The translations under genes were made by a program, and so were the position numbers. Under the pieces are notes generated by a model. That model made no database searches and was not told the DNA's origin. It saw nothing but the letters and a program-made list of their open reading frames with translations. From Octopus bimaculoides (taxonomy: Eukaryota): DNA of 64,000 nucleotides. The stretch is from NCBI RefSeq assembly GCF_001194135.2, contig NC_068993.1, positions 28,923,536 through 28,987,535 of the forward strand, written 5' to 3'. Positions 38,369 through 49,899 of the stretch are shown here, one piece after another; the stretch's first letter is position 1, and every line of letters begins with the position of its first letter.

Positions 38369-38570
38369 GTAGCTTGCTTACCAACCACATGGTCCCAGGT
38401 TCAGTCCCACAGCATGGCACCTTGGGCAAGTGTCTTCTACTATAGCCTTGGGCTGACCAAAGCCTTGTGAGTGGATTTGGTAGACGAAAACTGAAAGAAG
38501 CCTGTTGTATATATATATGTGTGTATGTGTGTGTGCGTATGTGTATATGTTTGTCTCCCCAAGGGTGTAT
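38369..38570 (+). mobile_element. SINE family 2, lacking its first ~20 bp and joined directly to the Tx1 3' end
   Basis: gtagcttgcttaccaaccacatggtccc... matches the 14171 copy from inside the tRNA head. Confidence 0.85.
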
Positions 38571-38913
38571 TTACAGGTGTTTACACTGGAAAAAACACAC
38601 TTTCAGCTATTTCAAATATCTGCCCCCTTACCTCATAATATCTGCAACTCTCACTTTATTCTTTTCACCCCATACATCCCATTCTTTCCTTTATCCTTTT
38701 TATCCATTTGTCATTCACCTTCTATTTGTTTATATCTCCATTACTCCTTTAATTCTCTTTCTCTCTTCTTTCTCTTCTCTCATCTTATGACATCAAATTT
38801 CTTGACAGTATCTTAAAATTACTAGCATTCCCTAGTTTTTCATATATTATATATATTATAGTTTCTTACATCTGTAAAAATGGCTTATTAAGAGCACTGT
38901 TGTTTATAATCTC

Positions 38914-38998
38914 CTCCCTGATGAGATTGATAAATTATTTCACATTATTCTTCCTCTTGGATTTATTTTAATGTATCAATCGAAACATATGTTGGTGA
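38914..38998 (+). ncRNA. Minimal type I hammerhead ribozyme motif (Penelope-type)
   Basis: cc-CUGAUGA-gauugaua(41 nt)uaucaauc-GAAA-cauaug-UU-gg: perfect 8-bp stem II, palindromic stem III, GUU site, weak stem I. Confidence 0.7.
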
Positions 38999-39196
38999 TA
39001 TGGTGATATAAATGATTTGAATAACATCTTGTGTGTTTGTCTCCATTTTCCATTACTCTTATGTTCTCCAAAACACATCTCACTTCTCCTTGGAATTATC
39101 CCCCATGCAAGTGTGGTTATTAATTTCTTATGCACTTATGTGACATTTGGCTACCCTGATAACTGTTCCTCTGGATCTTTCTTTATAAATTAAAAC

Positions 39197-39245
<49 letters not shown>

Positions 39246-40235
39246 GTCACTAGTATATGGAGGTTAGGAGTCATGTGGGGGCAGATGGTAGCCCTAGACT
39301 AGAATACCCACCACATGGCAAGCTGTCAAGCCTTCAGCCTCATTTCTGTTATCCTGCTTGACCTTACACAGGGTGTCCCAGTATTAACAATCCATTTCAA
39401 TGAAATCAGGTAAATTAATTAAAGAAACCTGACAGAATATTATATTTATTTCTTAATTATGATNNNNNNNNNNNNNNNNNNNNNNNNNNNNNNNNNNNNN
39501 NNNNNNNNNNNNNNNNNNNNNNNNNNNNNNNNNNNNNNNNNNNNNNNNNNNNNNNNNNNNNNNNNNNNNNNNNNNNNNNNNNNNNNNNNNNNNNNNNNNN
39601 NNNNNNNNNNNNNNNNNNNNNNNNNNNNNNNNNNNNNNNNNNNNNNNNNNNNNNNNNNNNNNNNNNNNNNNNNNNNNNNNNNNNNNNNNNNNNNNNNNNN
39701 NNNNNNNNNNNNNNNNNNNNNNNNNNNNNNNNNNNNNNNNNNNNNNNNNNNNNNNNNNNNNNNNNNNNNNNNNNNNNNNNNNNNNNNNNNNNNNNNNNNN
39801 NNNNNNNNNNNNNNNNNNNNNNNNNNNNNNNNNNNNNNNNNNNNNNNNNNNNNNNNNNNNNNNNNNNNNNNNNNNNNNNNNNNNNNNNNNNNNNNNNNNN
39901 NNNNNNNNNNNNNNNNNNNNNNNNNNNNNNNNNNNNNNNNNNNNNNNNNNNNNNNNNNNNNNNNNNNNTATATATATATATATATGTATATATATATAAA
40001 GAAAGAGAGAGAGAGAGTTTATGAGAGGTAATGGTGTCAATAAGACCCAAAGATGCCAGGTAATGCTGAGTAAGTGCTATGGACAGACTATAGTTAAGCT
40101 CTAGGTTTGGTGATTATGCGAATGAGGAGTCCAATGTAGATCATATATCAGCATGTGTATATATAAAAAAAATTTCAGAATGAGATAAAAAAAACCAAGG
40201 CTGTGAAAGATTTTAGAACATTTATAAATAGAAGA

Positions 40236-40282
40236 TTTTACAGCTGTTTCCAGGATATTTTATATATCCCTTCATCGAAAAC
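40236..40282 (-). ncRNA. Degenerate hammerhead-like motif
   Basis: Minus: uuu-cgauga-a-gggauau/auaucc-ug-GAAA-cagcug-UA-aaa; core and stem II junction are imperfect. Confidence 0.45.
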
Positions 40283-40769
40283 GGTGTGAGAAAATGGTTA
40301 AGCAATAGTTATTTTAGATATCTTACATTACAAAAAGGCTAAATGTGTCTGTACATTCAGTATGTTAGTCAGCATGTTACTTCAGTGTTCAATCCTTTTT
40401 TCTCTCACATACTCACTCTTTCTCTCTCTCTTATTATTACTCCCACTGTCACCATCAACACCACTAGTTTTAATAAAAACATCATCAACTCTCCCTAAAT
40501 TACTTTGTCTCTCTTTCTCTCTCTCTCTTTCTCTCTCTCTCTTTTTCACTTTCTCTCTCTCTCAGTCTTTGCCACTGCCCTCACCGTCTCTATGCCTACT
40601 GTTACTCTCATGGGTGAGTTTATGAGATTGTGAAAGTAGAAGGAGGGGATACCAGGAAGAGACATATTGTATGCAACAGGGACACCAGGAAGAGTCATAT
40701 TGTATGCAACAAGAATATATTGTATGCAGAGGGAAGGGGGAAAAGTGTTGGGAAGATATGTGCAGGGAG

Positions 40770-40905
40770 GGAATCCAGTCAGAGAAACCATAGCAGAGTT
40801 TGGTGCAGTCGTCTGACTTGCCAGTTCCTGTCAAACTCTCCAGCCCATTGCTAGCATGGAAGATGGACATTAAATGATGATGATGATGATGATGATGACG
40901 ATGGC
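40770..40905 (+). mobile_element. RTE 3' terminal stub with (GAT)n tail
   Basis: ...cccattgctagcatggaagatggacattaaatgatgatgat. Confidence 0.75.
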
Positions 40906-41064
40906 ACACATTTACAGATATGCACACATGTAAATATTTACAGATATGCACACATGTAAATATATACAAAAACCATTTGCATACATGCCTCTCCACTGTT
41001 AAGAAAAAAAAAATCGGTTGTCTTTAGTTACAGCCCTTAAATGACTTTATTTAAATTTGATTAA

Positions 41065-41525
41065 ATGTCCATTTTACATGCTAGCATGGGTTGGACGGTT
41101 TGACTGAGGACTGGCAAGCCAGTAGGCTCTACCAGATTCCAATCTGATCTGGCAAAGTTTCTACAGCTAGATGCCCTTCCTAAAACCAACCACTCTGAGA
41201 GTGTAGTGAGTGTTTTCAACATGCTACTGGCATGGAAGCTAGTCAGAGGGCATTGGTATTGACCACGTTCACACGGTGCTTTTTACATGCCGCCAGCACG
41301 GGGAGCCAGTCAGGCAGCACTAGCATCAACTCACATTCGAATGGTGCTTATTACATGTCAGGTGGCACTGGCCATGACTATGATTTTGATTTCACTTGAT
41401 TCAACAGATCTTCTCAAGCACATCATATTGCCCGACGCTTCAAGGGTACTGTTAAATAGGCTGGTTATGCAACACTGGCATTGGCCATGGCTGCGATCTC
41501 ACTTTTGCTTTCCGGGTCTTCTCTA
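41065..41525 (-). mobile_element. RTE repeat-rich 3' UTR fragment
   Basis: Aligns by eye with 32035-32580. Confidence 0.85.
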
Positions 41526-41717
41526 ATTTTAAAATCTTGAGTAGTTTTGTGCTGCAGAACCTAAAATAAAGTGAAATGGAACAATATATGGCTACTCCAT
41601 TATTAATAAAAAAAAAAAAAACATGAAAAATATGTATCCTCTCTCCACTTTTCACTATCCAATAAGAATTTTCAACACAAAATGAGAAAAAAACAAACTT
41701 GGAACCAATTCTCTCCC

Positions 41718-41720
<3 letters not shown>

Positions 41721-41798
<78 letters not shown>

Positions 41799-41820
41799 TC
41801 TCTCTCTCTCTCTCTCTCTT
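41721..41820. repeat. Compound (CA)n(TC)n microsatellite
   Basis: Direct read. Confidence 0.95.
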
Positions 41821-41954
41821 ATTCACTGCCATTATGTAGCAGCCTCCAGATAACAGAACACATACATGTATATAATTTCATATTTATCCATGCATATACT
41901 CACACAAACAGACAGACATATATGCATGTTAACATATATAAAGTCTCATATGAA

Positions 41955-42230
41955 AATTTAAAAATTATTAGTTTCCCACTATAATTTTTAAATATCTCAA
42001 TATTTTATGGTCACAGCTCATCAATAATTTGTTTCTGTTATTTCATAAGCTAGTTTTTACTAGTAATATTTCTAGGGCTACATATGAATCGGCATTCACA
42101 TCTTTCAACCCGTATGGTTTCGCAGGGTTTAAAAATGTCCCAATCAAGCTTAAAATTGATATTCTTGGATTTACAATTCCATATACATTCTGAACAGAAT
42201 ATTGTGTACTTTAATTTATGATTAGAAAAT
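41955..42230 (+). repeat. Unclassified old dispersed repeat; second copy at ~44390-44650
   Basis: tttcccactataatttttaaat...gtttctgttatttcataag...agtaatatttc is shared with 44415-44520. Confidence 0.5.
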
Positions 42231-42247
42231 AAGTGTTTATGTGATGG

Positions 42248-43495
42248 GTATCATCATCATCATCATTTAACATCCATTGTCTATGCTGGTATGGGTTTGA
42301 TGGTTTGACCAGGGCTGGTAAGCTAAGGGACTGCACCAGATTCTAGTTTGATTTGGCATAGTTTCTATGGCTGGATGCTCTTCCTAACACTAACCACTCT
42401 GAGAGGGTAATGGATGCTTTAATGAGCCACCAGTATGGGTGCTACTTATGTGACACCAGCACTGGCCACATTGCTTCCATGAGATCCATCACTCGAATGG
42501 TGCTATTTACATGCTACTGGCACAGGTGCCAGTTACATGACACCGGCATCAGCCACATTGCTTCCATGAGGCCCAATGCTCAAATGGTGTTTTTTACACG
42601 TCACCGGCACGTGTGTCAGTTACATGATGCCAGCATCAGCCATGACTACGATCTCACTTGGCTTGATGGGTCTTCTCAAGCATAGCATATTACCAAAGGT
42701 CTTGGTCATTAGTCATTTTCTCCATGAGGCCCAATGTTTGAAGATCATGCATCACCATCTCGTCCCATGTCTTCCTGGGTCTACCTCTACCACAGGTTCC
42801 CTCCACAGTTAGAGAGTGACACTTCTTTACAGAGCTGTCCTTGTCCATACACATCACATGACCATACCAATGCATTCACCTCTCTTACACACCACACCTG
42901 ATGCCTCTTATGCCCAACTTTTCTCTCAAGACAGTCACACTCTGTCATACATGCACACTGACATTGCACATCTAGTGAAGCATACTATCTTTATTTCTTT
43001 CAAGCTTATGCATGTCCTCAGTGGCCACAGCCCATGTTTTATTGCCGTGTGGCATAGCTGTTCGCACATAGGCATCATTCAGTTTGCCTTTGACTCTGAG
43101 AGAGAGGCTCTTTATTGCCAACAGAGGTAGGAGCTCTCTAAACTTTGCCCAGCCTATTCTTATTCTTGCAGCTATATTCTTGGAGCATCCACCTCTGCTA
43201 CTGACTTGGTCACCTAAATAACAAAAGCTATCAACTACCTCTAGCTTATCCCTCTGGCAGTTGATAAAGTCTATTTTCTGTACGTTTTCAATGTTTATTG
43301 TGCCTGTGCACCTTCCACACACAAAAATTATTTCCCCAGTTAATCTTCCTCTGATATTGATGCACCTCTTGTGTATCCATAGCTTGCACCAGGTACATCT
43401 TATGGAGTTCCTACCTATGCCTTTTCTACAGATTGAGCAGGGCTGTCTACGTGAAGGGATTTGTGATTTATCTGCTTTCCTACTTACTAAACTCT
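42248..43495 (-). mobile_element. RTE LINE 3' part
   Basis: KLEVVDSFCYLGDQ, ARIRIGWAKFRELLPLL, CGRGRPRKTWDE, Cys-rich finger, UTR and (CAT)n tail. Confidence 0.92.
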
Positions 43496-43597
43496 AAGAA
43501 ATTAATGAAAAGCAATTAATGTTTTTTGAGTAGTAAGAATGACACTAATTCATCTGTTTAAATGTATAATTTTAGGAGTAAAAATTAGGGCTTTGTT

Positions 43598-44230
43598 TAA
43601 CCTTTAAACATTCAAATTGGTGAATCTGGCTGTAACTGGCCATAACAAGCTACTTTATGAAGTTACTAAAATAATAAACAAATCATATTATTGAATTCTC
43701 ATAGCTAATGTGAAATAAAGCCTTTCCTGCCTAAACATGAGTATAAATACCATGAGATTTTTGAGACAACATTTTTTTTAGTTCTTTTCAATGTTCAAAG
43801 TGAAGTGTCTTTATTAGTATTTACCAATATAGCATCAGTAAGTAGTGATTATGGATGTGAAGGTTTTACACTTGATGATATACAAAACGTAGAAGAGAAC
43901 AACAGTGATTCATTTTTGGATGAATCTGATATACGTTTATGAATTTTCGTCAGATGAGGAAGAATATTTTGATAGTGAAAATTAAGAAAACATTCAGGAC
44001 ATCATTCAAAACATTATAGCAACATGTCAAAAATTACATCACTAATTACAATTCCAGATTTCACAGAAAAGACTGGTCCATAACACAATTTACCTTCTGA
44101 TAGTCAACTCTTGGATTATCTTTCAAAACTATCACAGAGGAAACAAACAGATATGTCCAATGGATCATTTCTACTCATGGAAGACCCAATCAACTATGGC
44201 AGCCATAGTGGATTGTAGAATGTGTTGAAT
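43598..44230 (+). mobile_element. piggyBac-like remnant (acidic N-terminus of transposase)
   Basis: ttaacc start; SSDYGCEGFTLDDIQNVEENNSDSFLDESD, EFSSDEEEYF, IPDFTEKTGP, ETNRYV resemble the PGBD4-type N-terminus. Confidence 0.55.
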
Positions 44231-44924
44231 AAAATCATAATTAACTGATCCTCCTGTATTTTCTTTTATCTAAAGCCAGGAACTTTTCAGCATCCCCTCA
44301 TAGATAGGTAAACAAACAGACACAGAAAGACAGACAGACACATATACACATACTTACATACATATATATATAGACTTAACATGATGCATAAAAAATTCAG
44401 AAACTGTTATGGCTTCCCATTATAGTTTTTAAATGTTAATATTTCGTGGTTGTAATTCACCAATGGTTTGTTTCTCTTATTTAATAAGTGAAATTTTTGT
44501 CAGTAATATTTCAACTGCAATGTATGAACATAATTGGCACTCATGTCTTTCAATTCTATATTATTCTGCAGAGATTAAAATCAAAACGTGTCAAAGGTCC
44601 TTCCCAATCATAAAACAGATTTCTCAGATTCTGTGGTGTATATATTCTCCTATTAGACAGGATACCAGTCCATCGCATGATTACTCAATTTTACCAGCTG
44701 AGTGGACTGGAACAACATAAAATGAAGTGTTTTGCTCAAGAACATAATGCATCACTTAGTCTAGGAATTGCAATTACAATTTTACAATCACAAGTGTAAA
44801 ACCCTAATCACTAAGCATTCAACTCTATAGGGCTTAAATACCCCAGTCAATTTTTAAAATGATATCTTTGGATTAAGATTCCATATGCATTCCAAAAGAG
44901 ATGCTGAGCGTTTTAATTTAAAAT

Positions 44925-47900
44925 AAGCTGCTGCCTCCAAGAAGTAAGGTGGAGAAGAGGTTCCGCTAGGTTCCTCACAGACAAAGAACACAGGTACAAG
45001 ATTTTCTGGGCAGGAAACATAGATGGGGGTCAGGGGCGTGGGTATACTTCTTGCAGAGAAATGGGTGGATAAGGTAATCGAGGTAGTTAGAGTGTGCGAT
45101 AGAATACTTAAGATTAGATTAGTCCTCCAATATAAGTTAGCAATCATTATCTCGACCTATGCCCCTTAGTCCGGGCTACCCGACGGACAGAAAGACCAAT
45201 TTTATGACACCCTCCTGCAGACTACCTCATCGATGAATGACAGGGACCTTCTCTTTGTGACTGGTGACTTCAATGGTCATGTTGGACAACATTCTGGGGG
45301 CTTCTATGGCGTACATGGAGGCTATGGCTTTGGTTCCCGCAATGAGGAGGGAACCAGGCTGCTGGAGTTCTGTGATGCAAATGACCTTATGGTCTGCAAT
45401 ACTAACTACAGGAAACCTGCCAGTCACCTACCGTTCTGGCAGGCACACTAGCCAAATTGACTACATCCTCGCCAGGAAAAGGGAAAGATGGCTGCTTATA
45501 AATGCCAAAACATTCCCAGGCGAAGAATGTACCCCACAACATAGACTGGTAGTTAGTGNNNNNNNNNNNNNNNNNNNNNNNNNNNNNNNNNNNNNNNNNN
45601 NNNNNNNNNNNNNNNNNNNNNNNNNNNNNNNNNNNNNNNNNNNNNNNNNNNNNNNNNNNNNNNNNNNNNNNNNNNNNNNNNNNNNNNNNNNNNNNNNNNN
45701 NNNNNNNNNNNNNNNNNNNNNNNNNNNNNNNNNNNNNNNNNNNNNNNNNNNNNNNNNNNNNNNNNNNNNNNNNNNNNNNNNNNNNNNNNNNNNNNNNNNN
45801 NNNNNNNNNNNNNNNNNNNNNNNNNNNNNNNNNNNNNNNNNNNNNNNNNNNNNNNNNNNNNNNNNNNNNNNNNNNNNNNNNNNNNNNNNNNNNNNNNNNN
45901 NNNNNNNNNNNNNNNNNNNNNNNNNNNNNNNNNNNNNNNNNNNNNNNNNNNNNNNNNNNNNNNNNNNNNNNNNNNNNNNNNNNNNNNNNNNNNNNNNNNN
46001 NNNNNNNNNNNNNNNNNNNNNNNNNNNNNNNNNNNNNNNNNNNNNNNNNNNNNNNNNNNNNNNNNNNNNNNNNNNNNNNNNNNNNNNNNNNNNNNNNNNN
46101 NNNNNNNNNNNNNNNNNNNNNNNNNNNNNNNNNNNNNNNNNNNNNNNNNNNNNNNNNNNNNNNNNNNNNNNNNNNNNNNNNNNNNNNNNNNNNNNNNNNC
46201 GTGGGAGAGAAATGTGTTCGCATAGATGATGGTACGCTTGCACTAAATGAAGCTGCAAAGAAAGAGGTTTGGAGATGGCACTACGAAAGATTGCTCAATA
46301 AAGAGAATGAATGGGAGAAAGAGAGTCTGCCGAATGTCGACCCAACAGAGGGACCAGCTATCCGAGTTGACAATACCATGGTAGATAAAGCAATTAAGAG
46401 TATGAAGACAGGGAAGGCCCCCGGCCCATCAGGAATCACTGCAGAGATGCTCAAAATATCTGGCAGTGTCGGCTATAGCCTAGTCACTCATATTGTTAAC
46501 CAGGTGATACATGAAGGAGTCATACCCAATGACAAGTGTAGCAGCACCATAGTCAACTGCTACAAAGGTAAAGGTGACGCTTTAGATACAAATAATTACA
46601 GAGGTATCACTAATTGCTGAGTCACTATCAGAACTAGAGGAGAAGTTTCAGGTGTGGAAGCAAGGACTAGAATCGAAGGGCATTAGAGTCAACCTAGCTA
46701 AAACCAAAGTCCTAATACTCTTCAGGTAGATGGCCCTGCTCGATCTGTAGAAAAGGCGTAGGTAGAAACTCTATAAGATGCACCCAGTGCAAGCTATGGA
46801 CACATAAGAGGTGCAGCAATATCAAAGGAAGGTTAACTAGGAAGTTAGTTTTCGTTTGTAGCAGATGTTCAGGAGCTATAAACNNNNNNNNNNNNNNNNN
46901 NNNNNNNNNNNNNNNNNNNNNNNNNNNNNNNNNNNNNNNNNNNNNNNNNNNNNNNNNNNNNNNNNNNNNNNNNNNNNNNNNNNNNNNNNNNNNNNNNNNN
47001 NNNNNNNNNNNNNNNNNNNNNNNNNNNNNNNNNNNNNNNNNNNNNNNNNNNNNNNNNNNNNNNNNNNNNNNNNNNNNNNNNNNNNNNNNNNNNNNNNNNN
47101 NNNNNNNNNNNNNNNNNNNNNNNNNNNNNNNNNNNNNNNNNNNNNNNNNNNNNNNNNNNNNNNNNNNNNNNNNNNNNNNNNNNNNNNNNNNNNNNNNNNN
47201 NNNNNNNNNNNNNNNNNNNNNNNNNNNNNNNNNNNNNNNNNNNNNNNNNNNNNNNNNNNNNNNNNNNNNNNNNNNNNNNNNNNNNNNNNNNNNNNNNNNN
47301 NNNNNNNNNNNNNNNNNNNNNNNNNNNNNNNNNNNNNNNNNNNNNNNNNNNNNNNNNNNNNNNNNNNNNNNNNNNNNNNNNNNNNNNNNNNNNNNNNNNN
47401 NNNNNNNNNNNNNNNNNNNNNNNNNNNNNNNNNNNNNNNNNNNNNNNNNNNNNNNNNNNNNNNNNNNNNNNNNNNNNNNNNNNNNNNNNNNNNNNNNNNN
47501 NNNNNNNNNNNNNNNNNNNNNNNNNNNNNNNNNNNNNNNNNNNNNNNNNNNNNNNNNNNNNNNNNNNNNNNNNNNNNNNNNNNNNNNNNNNNNNNNNNNN
47601 NNNNNNNNNNNNNNNNNNNNNNNNNNNNNNNNNNNNNNNNNNNNNNNNNNNNNNNNNNNNNNNNNNNNNNNNNNNNNNNNNNNNNNNNNNNNNNNNNNNN
47701 NNNNNNNNNNNNNNNNNNNNNNNNNNNNNNNNNNNNNNNNNNNNNNNNNNNNNNAGACATTCGAGCGAGATCGTTGCCAGTGCTGCCGAACTGGCTCCTG
47801 TGCAGGTGGCACATAAAATACACCATTTTGAACATGGCCGTTGCCAGTACCACCTGACTGGCCTTCGTGCCGGTGGCATGTAAAAGCACCCACTACACTC

Positions 47901-48062
47901 TCGGAGTGGTTGGCGTTAGGAAGGGCATCCAGCTGTAGAAACTCTGCCAAATCAGATTGGAGCCTGGTGTAGCCATCTGGTTCACCAGTCCTCAGTCAAA
48001 TCGTCCAACCCATGCTAGCATGGAAAGTGGACATTAAACGACGACGACGATGATGATGATGA
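44925..48062 (+). mobile_element. RTE LINE, 5'-truncated, RT core deleted, partly in gaps
   Basis: CLQEVRW, VTGDFNGHVG, GSRNEEGTRLLEFC, SQIDYIL, GKAPGPSGITAEML, NYRGI, PHD-like finger, repeat-rich UTR and (GAT)n tail. Confidence 0.95.
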
Positions 48063-48302
48063 CTAATGCAGATCATTTTGGGTAGTGATACTTCATCTAA
48101 TTACATTTTGACTAAGGCAATATCCGTTAAGTGGACATTAATTAGTACATCTAAAATTAGTTATTTTCATCAGTATTATTTTTAATTTTAAGTTTGTATA
48201 ACTATATGTATGTTCCAATATGTAGGCAATAATTTTAGCTTTTTACCTAGGTAGCTCAAATTTTGCATAGTGGCAGATACCAAATAAGAAATTGGTGCAC
48301 AT

Positions 48303-48411
48303 ATGTACTTGAGGAACTTGGTTGACAGCCTTAGTAAACAAGTATCCTCGATATCTTCTGATGAAGATGCCTTTATGAGGGCAGCTGGATATTATGATGT
48401 GCTAAGAAATA
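48303..48411 (+). CDS. Candidate host exon 1 of an unidentified gene (MYLRNLVDSL...RAAGYYDVLRN)
   Basis: Open frame ending at a strong donor a|gtgagt; upstream acceptor tttttacctag| at 48250. Confidence 0.4.
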
Positions 48412-48540
48412 GTGAGTCCTCTGATAAAATTAACTACATAAAAGCACTGAGAACACACAGCATAAAAATAAGATTAGGAAAAGGAATATTTTATGCTGCA
48501 ACTCAGTATTTAATCAAACAATAAAAATATATATGTCTAG

Positions 48541-48580
48541 CAATTCCTTTATCAAATAGACTACCATTTCCTGCCAGGAC
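48541..48580 (+). CDS. Candidate host exon 2 (IPLSNRLPFPAR)
   Basis: tgtctag| ... |gtaagt; phase 1 to 2, compatible with its neighbours. Confidence 0.35.
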
Positions 48581-48715
48581 GTAAGTATAAAGTAAGATAT
48601 TAAATAGGAATGATGTTAAGGTTGGTTATTCAGCTTTTGGTTCTTATAATGCTACAAAGCTGAATGAAAAAAAACAAAAAAACGATGCAAACAGCTGGCT
48701 AACATGCAACTTCAG

Positions 48716-48741
48716 AATTTATGAGAACTGCCTACTTGATG
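48716..48741 (+). CDS. Candidate host exon 3 (IYENCLLD)
   Basis: aacttcag| ... g|gtaatt; phase 2 to 1. Confidence 0.35.
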
Positions 48742-49002
48742 GTAATTGTTTGGCTAAGCTGATAATATATAGAACTAAAGTAGAAACAAATAACAGACAT
48801 GAACCTAAATATATATATTGGGGCAACTGAATTGATATTTATAAATCAATTCTATATACCCAAACAATCATTTTTCAGCATTATCATCTTGTTGAAATTT
48901 ATATGATTCTTATGTGAGACAAGTTCTCATGAATTCAAAATTATCTGATCAATTTAGATAAGGCGCAACTATAAAGAAATGTAGTATGTCTTTTGTTTCA
49001 AG

Positions 49003-49062
49003 GCAGTAATAGTTTGAACAAAAGAACAAAATTGTATGCATACCTTGTATGCACAGAACAAA
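49003..49062 (+). CDS. Candidate host exon 4 (SNSLNKRTKLYAYLVCTEQ)
   Basis: tcttttgtttcaag| ... |gtaagt; 60 nt, phase 1 to 1, only one open frame. Confidence 0.5.
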
Positions 49063-49899
49063 GTAAGTACCAGCTTCCTTCAATTTTATCCTGGTTCAGG
49101 AAATAAAAACATTAGATTCAAAATGTTTAAACACACACACATACATTGTTTTTAGAATATTGCTTAAACAGCAAAGTGATGTCATGAAGATAATTCTGAG
49201 AGTGACTTTCCTTGTATAAGGATTAAAACATTTGAAGTATTCTTATGAGGGCTAGAAATGAAATGAAATGAAAAATGTGAGCTTGAGATAAGTGTTTTTG
49301 CACATGTAGGACAATTTAAAAAAAAAAAGATAAGCATTTTCCCTATAACTTTCATATAACATTTCAGAACATATTTAAACAACAGATAATTGAAAAATAA
49401 CAAACTCAGATTATCAGCTGAATGATTGGAAACATACACATCAGAGTACTGGAATTATGCACCCTTCTGTTATAATATATCAAAGAATATTCTATATTTA
49501 CATATTGAGTTCTATAATTTATTACTTCTCAGTGAATCAAAAGAAATTCACATAGTCATCTTCCACACACACAAGCATGCACATATTCATATTCATGAAA
49601 CATAACCTAATGAACATATTTAAAACTCTCAGACATGCACTTTTTAACCATTCATTAGTGGTAATGAAAACCAATTGGTGAAAGTTGTACCAAGAACAGT
49701 TATCTCAATAATAATAACTATTTCAACTAGTACTTATTTTATTGACTCTGAAAGGATGAAAGGCAAAGTCAATCTTGGTGGAATTTGAATATCTCAATAA
49801 TAATAATAACAGTATATTGTTGCTACTTGTATCTTCTTCTGACTGTTTAATTAAATAATTTATAAATAAATTCATAAATAGCATATTCATTGCACATAT

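Noticed and set aside
31010-47950. Long ORFs in the supplied track made mostly of X
   Set aside because: They are artefacts of translating assembly gaps.
48303-48524. The 73-aa ORF as a complete single-exon gene
   Set aside because: A strong donor at 48412 and phase-compatible downstream exons make a spliced interpretation (or non-coding) more likely.
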